From the NCBI RefSeq assembly GCF_009914755.1, contig NC_060931.1: a stretch of 64,000 nucleotides of DNA; one strand, written 5' to 3'. This stretch comes from the human T2T-CHM13v2.0 reference genome, Homo sapiens. A program made the position numbers and the translations under genes. Shown one piece after another: positions 1 to 11,525 of the stretch. How positions within the stretch are numbered: the first letter of the stretch is position 1; the number at the start of each line of letters is the position of its first letter. Under the pieces are notes generated by a model that saw only the letters and a program-made list of their open reading frames with translations, was not told the origin of the DNA and searched no databases.

Positions 1-14
1 AATAAAATTGGTAC

Positions 15-255
15 AATATTCATGTGCAGGCTTTGGGGTAGACATAGCTTTCAACTCCTTTGGGTAAATACCAAGGAGCACAATTGCTGGATCATTTAGT
101 TTTGTGAGAAACTGCCAAACCATCTTCCAAAGTGGCATTCCCACCAGCAGTGATGATGGTTCGGATTGCCCTATGTCCTTGTCAGCATTTGATATTACCA
201 GTGTTTGGGATTTTGGCTGTTCTAATAGGAGTGTAGTGATACTTCATTTTAATTG
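15..255 (-). mobile_element. Old L1 (L1M) ORF2 3' fragment
   Basis: tgggtaaataccaaggagcacaattgctggatc...gaaactgccaaac...ttccaaagtggc is typical antisense L1. The minus ORF ends in YHYTPIRTAKI, resembling the L1 ORF2 C-terminus. Confidence 0.75.
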
Positions 256-1483
256 GTAATTTTGATAGTTGTTTTAATATAGTCATTACATAAATGAGTT
301 GAGGCTGCAGAAAATTAAATAAGTTACCTATGATTCTATAGCTAGTGGGTAGCAGATTCAAATTTACTTCATAAGACTCTAAAGCCCATGTGCTTTTTTG
401 CACTGTGGTTGTCTTATAGCCAGACAAGAAAAGAATTTAAATTCATACAGGCAGGACACCAGCGGTTAGTTTCCAGTCACATTTATTGCTTGTCTTAATG
501 TAGTTTTCTCCAGAAGAGGACCCTGACACCAGGAAATATTGGGGGTCACAGGGAAATGAAGGAAGGAAAGACAACCAACGAAGGATCTATTTGAATGCAA
601 TTATCACTGTGACCAAGTATAGCTTACTCCTACAGGGGAACTTTGGAAAATGGTGCTAAATATTACTCAAAATGTAACGTGTGGCAGTACCAGTCCTTCT
701 ACTGTTTGAGACTGGCCCAGGACAAAGAATGTATAAAAATTAAAAGTACTAAGAAACTTTTACAGCAATTTGACATTTTAGTGATACCCATTTTTCCAAT
801 AATTCATTTTTACTTTATGTTATTTAAGTATCAATCCATGATAGATTGAAAATTAAAAACTAGCTCAAAAATAGTGTAGAACACAAGGCCTAAAGTGACT
901 TCATACAAGAAACAGGGGAGCTGGGGTATTTATACCTCACTTCCCATCTGGTTGGTGCACAGTTAAGACAGCACCCAGGAATGTTGTTCATTCCCTAGCA
1001 CTTCTAGCACACAGACTTCCAGTTGTATGTGATGAAGTGGTGAGCCAGGGACATCATCTTTCTGACGATGAGTTAAAGACTAAACAAGTATTATTTTACT
1101 GCATGCTATAAAAGGATAACACTATGCACAGGGTCTGTGCACAGGATTAGACTATGCACGGATAAAATGTTTCATTCAAAAGTACCCATATTTTCTACCA
1201 AGAAAGCTGAAGATGAGAGCCCCTTCTCTCCTTTTCCCACACCCAGAAAGCCAGTGTACTAACATATGATGAAAATTCTGAAAACTAGATATTCCCAACA
1301 AGGATTTTGAATCTTGAGCAAGTGATCCAAAGCAAAGGGAGGATTCAAAGTTGTTCTTAAGAGTTAGACACTTCCTGCTACTGCTTATGCCTCCGTGTTT
1401 TCTGGCCTTGGTTAGTCGTAGTCTCCCAGCTTCCTGCTGATTCTGTGATTCTGTGGGCTCCCAATTTTCTTTCAAGAATTTCC

Positions 1484-1800
<317 letters not shown>

Positions 1801-2311
1801 TAGAACAGCCATAATCTGACTCTTTACTTGAAACTAGAAGTCATCACAGTATGAGATAATTGAGGAGAATCAGAGCTCTGATTTCTGCCTGCTCATGAAT
1901 TCCCTTGAAAAAGTGAGGTTGGTTTCTTTGCCAGTCTTTGTCTCAGTTTCCACATTTGTAAAATGGGGCTAGCTCTGTAGCATGCTTCGAGGAAAATTAA
2001 TCTGTGAGATGTTCTCTCATACAGGTTTCTTCCTTTGGAGAATCTAATGGCATGCTGCTCTATTGAGTTTCCGGAAATTCCTCTAGTAAGGGATTTAATT
2101 TGACTTTAATTCAGCATTTCCCAAGCTTAATCATGGAAGTCTTGTTTCAGAAAACATTAATATCTCACAGATTGAGTCATCCATAAACTATCTTGGCAAG
2201 AGACACTGGCTCCAGCAGTTCATTTTTCTTTGAATTTGCACCTGACACTGATCTCTGTTATTAAACACTCATGAGGCCTTTAAGGAGTCTCTGTATTAAC
2301 CCATTAAAGTA

Positions 2312-2499
2312 GGAAGTTCTTAAACTTCAGAGCATATAAAAACCATTTGAGGACCTTGGTATAATGCAGATTGCTGAGCACCATACAAGATCTACTAATT
2401 CAGAATCTCCTGGAATAGAGACAAGGAATTAGAACTCAGAATTACTCTATGGGGGATTGTGTTGTATGCAGTCTTCAGTCTACAGTATGAGAAACACTG
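2312..2499. mobile_element. MER5-like hAT MITE
   Basis: gttcttaaacttcag...aatgcagattgctg...tcagaatctc...tgagaaacactg termini and internal motifs. Confidence 0.6.
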
Positions 2500-2787
2500 T
2501 CTTATGTAACAATTCAGTGAAAAATACCTTCAAGCAATTTATGTACTTTATCATTAGAAGAAGCTAGAGGTCATAGTCACAATAATATATCTCACTGGTC
2601 TGACCATTAATCATCTTCTGAGATGTCTCAGGCAAGCTTATAGATAACTTGTGAATACCCACCCAAAACGTACTGAATGGCTCTGATCCCAACTTCAAAA
2701 AGATGTAACATTAAAATTCAAATGTGTCTGTAGGTGCCACTATGAGATCAATAATTTGGGCACATCTAGTTAAAGTGTGAATAGCCA

Positions 2788-2930
2788 CAGCTGTATGTGG
2801 TGTCTTACACCTATAATCCCAGCTACACAGAAGGCTGAGGTGGGAGGATAGCTTGAGTTCAAACTTGAACCAGGAGTTCAAGGCCAGTTTGGGCAACATA
2901 GTGAGATAGCAAGATTCCATTTCTTAAAAA
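2788..2930 (+). mobile_element. Alu monomer (FLAM-like)
   Basis: cctataatcccagctac...ggctgaggtgggaggatagcttgag...caggagttcaaggccag...gggcaacatagtgaga plus a short A tail. Confidence 0.8.
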
Positions 2931-3243
2931 ACAGTCTGAGTGTCTCCCTCACTCCTGCTACCTATCTATAGCTTATTCATTCTCACCATAAACTCACTTA
3001 GTGAGAAATCAAGGTTAAAGGAGTAGGGAAGAAATTTAAGTAATTTAATTTTATGACTTTTTAGTAACTCAGCTCAAAGACTCTAATGATAGGAAGCCTG
3101 GAATGAATAACTAAAATGTTATTTTTAGACTATCTGTGAATTTCATTTCCTCTCATTACCACAAATGATGAAAAATTAGCTGTCAGAAATTTCAAAGCAA
3201 TATAGCAGAACATGATGGAAAAACAAATTAATCAAGTCACCAT

Positions 3244-6200
3244 CTTCCGAAACATTTTTCCTTTATTAGAATTCTTCAGGTAATATGACGAAGATAACAA
3301 TACTGCATTTCTTTAAAATATGCTGTACATTTCCTCATAGGAAAAAGGGTGAGTTATGGTGACCAGTGACATTAACTGGAAACAAGCAAACTTTTGGTTC
3401 CTGGGCCACTAGTTGTATTTACTTTAAGAAAACCCTAAAGATGATTTGCAGTCTTTCAGAGAGTTTACTTTTATGTTTACAGCCCAAAATGTGCAGATAA
3501 CTTGTTTGTAAATAACTGGCAGGGGTCACAGTGTCACATCTAGGAGATTTCATTTTATTTTATTTCGACAACCAGAGTTACAGCCTCTTTACAACTGAGA
3601 AGTGGTAATAAATGGTATTGTGCTTATTCTTCAACAACTCCATAGCACTGGCACCTGACATATATTTGCATGAATTTCATGTAACAAAATGTAGAAATCT
3701 TTCTTTCTAAAGGGCTTCAAAATTTCCCGAAACAGACTTCTGAACTTCATTTTATTCCTCTTGCTACATGGTTGTTCTGGATTAGTATATATATCAACAC
3801 CTAAAAACATAGAGTTACAAAAATTAGTGCATACCTCATCAATTTCATAAAGTTACATCCTTTCTTGTTTGCATACATTTATATTTTATTTATTACTGTA
3901 ACTGCCACTTACAACCCAGCAACAAAGAGTTGTATTTTAGAATATTATGGAATGGTGATATGATAGACACTTTAAAGTGTATTGACATGTCCTTATGGGA
4001 ATTAGGGATTTAATTTTTTTTTTTTTGATTGAAGCACTGCATGTCTCAAGGGTGGCTGCATTCAGTAGGTCTGTGACATAACCCCTGGAAAATACCCAGG
4101 CTGCCCAATGGAAGAGTCACTAATCAGATATTGAATATGATATTTTTGTGTTCAAATTTTCAAGTCCTCACACCCATCCTAACTAATTTTTAGGCCTTTC
4201 CTTTAAGACAACCAAAAAACAAAACTATAACTGTTCAAACTTGGAACTAAGGAAAGGAAATAAATATTAAAGCGGAGCTGGATTTATTTCTATTTATTTA
4301 GAGTACATCACCTCCAGTAGAATTATGTTGCTAAGGTTGGGATCACGGCTTTGGTCTCGCGAAGGGACCTGCTTTGCAGATCCAGGGCTCGTTTAATTTT
4401 CCAGCTGGGTTCCTGCTTTGCTTAACTAATCCTGTGCACCCCGTTGTGCGGTCCACACCTGAAAGGGGGAGTTTCGATGTTGTGGTTTATTAACCAGGTA
4501 CTTTCCATTCACTCAGTCAACAGAAAGAAAGAGAGAGACCGCGCCTCCTACTTTTTTTTTTTTTTTTTTTTTAACTACAAATAAGGAGACGGAAACTATT
4601 AAATAAGAAGGGGGGAAACTCCCGCATATTTCACCTTGACCTGGCTGGACTGGTCTGCTGCCTCTAAGAGGCGGGTGTTGTATTAAAATGAGAGGTCAAA
4701 CTCCTCGAATGGGAATCGCTCCTGCCCCTAGAGGGAAAAGAGAACCATCACCGTGTTAAACTGGAAACACTGCCTTGTTTCCAATGCGGGGGACTGAGTT
4801 CCCTCCCTCGACTTAGCGTGGTAATGACAGGACCCGAGGAGGCGCGCTGCTTCCGGGCAGTTGCCCAGCATAACACCCGCACCCTACTTGCACCTAAATT
4901 TCTGAGCTGCAAGCAGGCAGAAGTGCCTTCCACTTTCTCTCCTTAGCTCCCCTCTCCCCGCTTTGCTGCTGTCTGTAACTTTTTGTTCCGTTTACTGGGA
5001 AGGTGACGCTTAAGATCAAAAGACCCACTGTAACTTGCAAAAGCCCAGAGCCACCACCAGACGCTGGGGAAAAACAGGGCTGTCCAGTCCAGGGTTAAGG
5101 TTTTGAGCAGAGAAGGAGCAGCGAGAAATCTCGGCCAGTCGCTCCGGGAACAGCCCCTGCAGACTGGTCCAACTCTCCAAAGGCTAGGGACACCGGGGCA
5201 GCCTTGTGGTGGGGTAGAGGACGAGCTCCTAACTGCAAGCAAAGTGCTGAGTAGAGGGCGTTGGGGGCAGGGGAGGTCCCTTGACTCCACTTTGTATGCA
5301 GCAGCTGCGGGGCAGTGAGTATCTCCGAACAAAGCGGCGAGCAGCGCGGGGGTGAGAGATTGGGGTTTGCTCGCAGCTGCCGCTGGCGCTGAGCGAGTCT
5401 CCCACCACCCCCGCGAGCGTTGGGGTGCAAGGATTCGGGGGAGGAGGGAGAAGGGAACGAGGCGTGCCATTCCTGTTGCGCGGCTACGCTTCAGGAGTTC
5501 TTGTGAACGATGGGAATGGCAACTATCAGAGCCAAGGGGGAAAAGAAAGAGCTGGAGTGAGCAAAACAAAGAGCGAGTGTGGGCCGCGGTGACTTCATGC
5601 CTCACCAATGTCCCGCCCACGCTGCTCCGAGCTGTTACTGCTGCTCCTGCCCGGGCTGCAGCCGCGCCTGCGGGCAGCCGAGGCGAGGCGCTCCGGTAGC
5701 GTGGGGAGGTTTCCTAGCAACTCTCTGCCCTGAGTGCACCCGGCTACCCGCAGGTCTGGAGCCCCCCGGGGGGCCAGAGCAGGACCACCCCTCTCCCGCC
5801 CATCGCCGGCCTCGCCTCTCTCGCATCCTAGCCGTGTGCACCCCAGAGCGCGCCAGCAACTCGGGCTCTGGACTGCGGGACGCCTGAGCCGCGCACTGAG
5901 GCGAAAAGGACAAGGGCACGCAGCCCCCGCCCCGCGAAGCCGGGCTCCGGCACCTCGCGGAACCTCCCCTCCTGCGCTCGCAGCCGCAGGCCCCACTCCC
6001 CGCCAGGGAGGGAGCGGCGATGCCTCGCTCTGTGCCTGCGGGTGTCGGCGGGTGCTTCTAGGGCGCTCCCAGAGCCGCCTCCCCCTGTTGCTGGCATCCC
6101 GAGCTTCCTCCCTTGCCAGCCAGGACGCTGCCGACTTGTCTTTGCCCGCTGCTCCGCAGACGGGGCTGCAAAGCTGCAACTAATGGTGTTGGCCTCCCTG

Positions 6201-6690
6201 CCCACCTGTGGAAGCAACTGCGCTGATTGATGCGCCACAGACTTTTTTCCCCTCGACCTCGCCGGCGTCCCCTCCCACAGATCCAGCATCACCCAGTGAA
6301 TGTACATTAGGGTGGTTTCCCCCCCAGCTTCGGGCTTTGTTTGGGTTTGATTGTGTTTGGCTCTTCGCTAAGCTGATTTATGCAGCAGAAGCCCCACCGG
6401 CTGGAGAGAAACAAAAGCTCTTTTCTTTGTCCCGGAGCAGGCTGCGGAGCCCTTGCAGAGCCCTCTCTCCAGTCGCCGCCGGGGCCCTTGGCCGTCGAAG
6501 GAGGTGCTTCTCGCGGAGACCGCGGGACCCGCCGTGCCGAGCCGGGAGGGCCGCAGGGGCCCTGAGATGCCGAGCGGTGCCCGGGCCCGCTTACCTGCAC
6601 CGCTTGCTCCGAGCCGCGGGGTCCGCCTGCTAGGCCTGCGGAAAACGTCCTAGCGACACTCGGCCCGCGGGCCCCGAGGTGCGCCCGGGA
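3244..6690 (-). ncRNA. ITGB8-AS1: Probable antisense lncRNA overlapping ITGB8 exon 1 and promoter (ITGB8-AS1); ends approximate
   Basis: Minus-strand donor CAG|GTAAGC (junction 6595/6594), minus-strand acceptor ctccccctttcag| (junction 4459/4458) and minus-strand AATAAA (tttatt 3262-3267). The name comes from prior knowledge of the locus; the exon pairing is inferred. Confidence 0.55.
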
Positions 6691-7075
6691 GGCGCGAGCC
6701 CGCGTCCGGAAGGCAGCCAGGCGGCGGGCGCGGGGCGGGCTGTTTTGCATTATGTGCGGCTCGGCCCTGGCTTTTTTTACCGCTGCATTTGTCTGCCTGC
6801 AAAACGACCGGCGAGGTCCCGCCTCGTTCCTCTGGGCAGCCTGGGTGTTTTCACTTGTTCTTGGACTGGGCCAAGGTGGTAAGTTGTTTTGTTTTGTTTT
6901 GTTTTCTTCTCTTCCCCAAAGGTCTTGGGCTGGCACGAAGAGCTGCCCGGCCAGAGCATCCCGGCCAGGTAAGTTGCGGTCATCAGAGAACTTCAAGGGG
7001 GCGGGTGCGGGGCAGCGTCCTCCAGCACAGATGGCCTAGAGGCCAGGTGTCAAGCATTTCTGCCCTGGAGCGACA
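5080..7075. promoter_or_regulatory. CpG island covering the ITGB8 promoter, 5' UTR and exon 1 (likely bidirectional)
   Basis: Abrupt GC- and CpG-rich block in otherwise AT-rich, CpG-poor DNA. GC boxes (e.g. GGGGCGGG 6732-6739) and CRE-like TGACTTCA 5590-5597. No obvious TATA box. The TSS cannot be placed from sequence alone. Confidence 0.92.
6752..6878 (+). CDS. ITGB8: Integrin beta-8, coding part of exon 1 (signal peptide, aa 1-42)
   Basis: ATG at 6752 gives MCGSALAFFTAAFVCLQNDRRGPASFLWAAWVFSLVLGLGQG, recognised as the ITGB8 N-terminus. Donor GTG|GTAAGT at 6879. 127 nt, phase 1. Confidence 0.97.
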
Positions 7076-7499
7076 GCAAGGACTAATTATCAGAGGAGAC
7101 ACTCTGTGTTACTCCTAGGTGTTGAGGAAGCCCTAATAGAAAGGAATTTTGGAAAAGAGGGTGTCCTGTTTACAGAAGTCATTTAGGGGCCCTGGTCCAT
7201 TCTTAAGGGCATCGTCTGTACACAATGTTCTCCCTATCTTTCTAACATTTGGGTCCACTAACGACTAACTTGCCTTTAACTCGAGGCTGTAGATAAGTTG
7301 GTTATAATGGGAGTAGTCTTCAATTTTTGAGTCCAGAAAAGGACAGCATACAAGTTTCTGCTATCATTAGTGCTCAATCTGAATGAATTACCCACACTGG
7401 AGGGATATTAATGCTTTAAGTCATCATCCTTTCGGCTTAAAAAAAAAATACTATCTAATTGATCCCTCACTGAGATCAATCTCTGAGACAGAGAAGCAG

Positions 7500-7700
7500 A
7501 AAGAACTCTGAACCAGGATTAACAGCTTTCTGTCCAGGCAAACCATTTGTGTAAGAGCTACCTTAATGTGGAGAGGTTAACTCTTTACGAAATGCATTGT
7601 CCTCATCTGTAAAACGAGGTTTATTAATAATACCTGCCTTCTCTAAATCACAAAGGAAAGTTCAAGTCAAATAGCATATGAGAAGGTGTTTTAGGACTTT
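7500..7700 (+). mobile_element. MIR fragment
   Basis: MIR core-like cctcatctgtaaaacgagg...taataatacct. Confidence 0.55.
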
Positions 7701-9403
7701 TGATTTATGAAACAAAATCAAATGTAAGGTGGTATACCAGATTGGATTGTTGGAAAATTACACAACTAAGTAATAGGACGAATCATGAGTTTAGGATGAG
7801 TTCTTAATGGTTTTCAATATAGGCCCAACATTTATTTTTGCTAATGCAGTGACTCTTGTCATACTTTCTTTTTTTTTTTTTTTTAATTTCACTTTTTCTC
7901 TGTTTGGTCACCAAGTCCTTAAATTATATTAGAGCCTTTCTCTGACCTCTTGGGCTCAAGGAGAGTTTAATTAATAGTTGTAATTGTTTTGTAGGTTAAA
8001 ATTTACTCCTATACTTTAAAGTGTCAAGGTTTTGCCTGAAGCTAATTAAAACAGTCAAATCATAACCTTATAAGTAGGTTTTATATATATAGATATAGAG
8101 ATATATGGAAACATCCAGCTATCTTTAGGAAATTGTTGCATATACAGTTTTCTAATATTTGTTTCAGGGAGATTTGCTCAGTTATCTGAAATGGAGAAAT
8201 TAGAGTAAATCTCTTTATCTTGTGGTTATTTTTTGGCTTGTTTGTTGATTTCAAAATAGTGAAAAGGCAAAGGAAAAAGTAACATTCATTATCAGTTATC
8301 TCTTAAATGGAAGAAACATGCATTTGTTGCAGCAAATTTTCCGCTAAGCATAATTTCATCCTGTTTCAATAAGTAATAAAGTGCTTTTCTAGATTTAGTA
8401 AACACACATACACACTAGTAAAATGACCAAAATTTGTGTTAACACAGTATATTTTGTTCCCAACGTACAGGCAAAGGAAAAAGTCCTACTTGCCTCTAAA
8501 ATTTACTATTTAAAGTACATTTTTAAAAACCATTAACTGTGCTTATAAACATTAGTCAGGCTCTTGTGAAAAAGCATTGCATTTCTACCCAGCGTCTAAA
8601 ACTGATTTGAAGGAAATATTATGAATGGGCCTACTTGCACCTGCAGACCTGAAAAGGGAATGCTTATCTGAAATCAGAACAAGGCATCCTTTTCCCAGTC
8701 TCTGTCAATATACAAAGGTTTCTGATGTATACTGATTTGCATGGCAGTTAAAAACATGCAAAAAATGTAAATTATAGCCAGTATAACTCAGAAAATTAGA
8801 GATCAGCATAAACTGCTGTACTTTTGTGATATAGCTACAAGTCTCAAATTATATGTCTTTACAGTGCAAATTAGATGCTTAAAGCAGAATAGAAATTTAG
8901 GTATCAGTTACAATGGAAATCTTGTTTCCTTGCTCAGTAGTTTACACCAGGAGAATGTTGAGGGCAATAAAGCCATACAAAAGAGACCAGAAGCTGCATA
9001 AGACCAGCATAACTTTGGGTTTAATTTTTAAAGCAGAATTTATAGGTCTCGAACATATAGTGGACTTTTAATAACAAATATATAGTGAGCAGTGGGGGAT
9101 GTTATTAATCAAATCCAAAGATTTCTGATGTAGCAAAAATTATAGCAGTTTGTTTTTTAACTGTCTCTGGTGAAGATTACCCACAGCTAGAGAAATAATA
9201 GCACTGTAAAATGGTCAATAAATAACCAGAAAAACATAAAGTATATCTAGTGGTTAATATTTGAAGAGTTAATGTAGCAACATTGTTTCCACATTTACTT
9301 ATTTTAAAAGATTAAGAACTTTCATTACCTAAATTTTTATATAGCAATATAAGTGTAACAAATTTCAGATATCACAGTTTCTTTTAAAAAAGCGGTAACT
9401 ATT

Positions 9404-9457
9404 ATTGCAATCAAATTTCACCTTCTGTGTATTGCAATGAAATTTCACCTTCTGTTT
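9404..9457. repeat. 27-bp tandem duplication (2 copies)
   Basis: attgcaatcaaatttcaccttctgtgt and attgcaatgaaatttcaccttctgttt. Confidence 0.9.
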
Positions 9458-10539
9458 ATTCAAGTATCAATTATTTATTATTTTCAACAACAATCAACTA
9501 GATTAACATTATTTTGTGACCATATCATTACTTCCCCTCAAAGCGCTGCATAGCATAAGTGTTCCCAGAATTATTCATGCTTACCTAAAGTGATCGGATA
9601 TTTAAAAGAACGAAGGTATCATTAACAAAAAATTCAGCCTTCTAAATTATTTGCATAATAAGCTCCCAAATTAATTCTATCTTGAAGCAATGGAGACACT
9701 TTCTGATCAATTAAAAATCATACATGTTTGCCCTCTAAACTGACAGCAAAGTAGCTGATATGCTTTGGAAAATTCCTGTGCCCCAAAATAACTTCTTCTC
9801 TTGTTACCAAATTATCTGAAATCTCACTACTTAATGGATTCTTTTTGGTTAACCATGGTATTAACCCTATGATTTTTTAAAGTTTTTAACATGGTATAAT
9901 GGAAATTTTCAAATGCATACAGAATTAGAGAGAATGGTATAAGGGACCACTATATACTCATCACCCAGCTTCATTAACCATCAACTCAAAGCCAACTTCT
10001 TTCATCTGTGCTCCTGCTGGTACCCAATTCACCCCCTTCTCCCAACTAAATATTTTGAAAGAAATTTTTCATATCATTTTATTTTAAAATATTTCAGTAA
10101 ATAAAAATACTACTGGAGGAGGAACACACTGTAACTAATCTTAAAGCATGAATTTTTTTAAAAACTGAAACTTAGGGCAACAAGAATGTTCACAATTTTT
10201 AAGGGAAGCAATTGCAAAAGAGAAGGACACGAGGAATGGGAAAGACACAGTTTCAACCATTTACTTTTCAATAGTTCTATTATAGTTCCATTAAAAATAT
10301 TTTTATTTTGAAAGTATGGATATGTAATAGCTTTTTGATACGCATGTATATGAACAGAGAAAAACAACATGAGTAAATCTGCTTCCCGTGACAAATGTTA
10401 ATTGTTTTATTCCAATGGAATCACAGCAGGTATACCTTGTAAAGTTTCAGTTTCAAGGATCTGCCTGCCCTTGCATGATTAGTTTTTCTCCTATCTACTG
10501 TATCATTTAAAGCAATATCCATATATGTGGCAAAACCTT

Positions 10540-10930
10540 TTTATCTCCTATTTTTTCTCTCCTTTTGCTATAAGTCCTTGAAAGAGTTGTCCGTAACTCC
10601 TCTCTCCGATTCTTCTCCTCACCTTCTCTTTGAATCCATTGTGAGCAGGCTTTCTTTATCACCTCTGCAGTCCACTCTCTTAAGATCAGGGTAACCTCCA
10701 CATTGCCAGATCTGATGGCTAATTCTTAATCTCCATCCTGCTTGATGTATCATCTGTTGGTGACTTGACACTGTTGACCTTGCCCTCCTTGGAAACAGTT
10801 TTGTTGGCTTCTTGGACCCACACTCTCTTGGTTTAAGCTCCTTCTCCATCTCTGATGTTGATTCTTCCTCATTTCTTAACCTCTAAATGTAGTAGTGGCT
10901 CAGGACCCACTCCTAAGGACTTCTCTGATC
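10540..10930 (+). mobile_element. L2 ORF2 fragment (interrupted by AluY)
   Basis: Pyrimidine-rich L2-type text: acctccacattgccagatc...ttgacactgttgacc...ctccttggaaac. Confidence 0.65.
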
Positions 10931-10939
10931 CAGTCTTGG

Positions 10940-11237
10940 TTTTCTTTTTTTTTTTTGAGACGGAGTCTTGCTCTGTCGCCCAGGCTGGAGTGCAGTGGTG
11001 CGATCTCGGCCCACTGCAAGCTTCGCCTCCTGGGTTCACACCATTCTCCTGCCTCAGCCTACTGAGTAGCTGAGACTACAGGCACCCGCCACCACGCCCG
11101 GCTAATTTTTTGTATTTTTAGTAGAGAGGGCGTTTCACTGTGTTAGCCAGGATCGTCTTGATCTCCTGACCTCGTGATCTGCTCGCCTCGGCCTCCCAAA
11201 GTGCTGGGCTTACAGGCGTGAGCCACCACACCCGGCC
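10940..11237 (-). mobile_element. AluY
   Basis: AluY diagnostics (gcaagct, ccattctcctg, ttagccaggat, acctcgtgatc). Flanking repeat cagtcttg on both sides. Confidence 0.95.
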
Positions 11238-11409
11238 CAGTCTTGTGTCTTAAATACCATTTCCACATTGACACCTCCAGAATATTTATCTCTAAACCTG
11301 ACCTCCAGAAGGTGCAGCAAATTGTGTGAACCATGTCTCCACTACACGCCTAAAGGCAAAGACCCTAACGCATTCAAAACCAAACTCCATTTTCTTGTCC
11401 AGTCTTCAT

Positions 11410-11525
11410 AATAACACTGTGAGAGAGGTCCCTGTTTTTGAAACAAATAAACAGGAGCAGAGGAGATAAGTAACTTGCCCAATGTCACCTATCTAGTAAG
11501 TAGGAGAGATGGGATTTGAACATCG
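11410..11525 (-). mobile_element. MIR fragment
   Basis: aagtaacttgcccaatgtcac...ctagtaagt...gggatttgaac. Confidence 0.7.

Noticed and set aside
4943-7118. Many long overlapping ORFs (up to 229 aa) on both strands of the CpG island
   Set aside because: Expected from stop-codon scarcity in GC-rich DNA. They are Ala/Arg/Pro/Gly-rich, many have non-ATG starts, and none has a recognisable domain. Only the 6752 frame is ITGB8.
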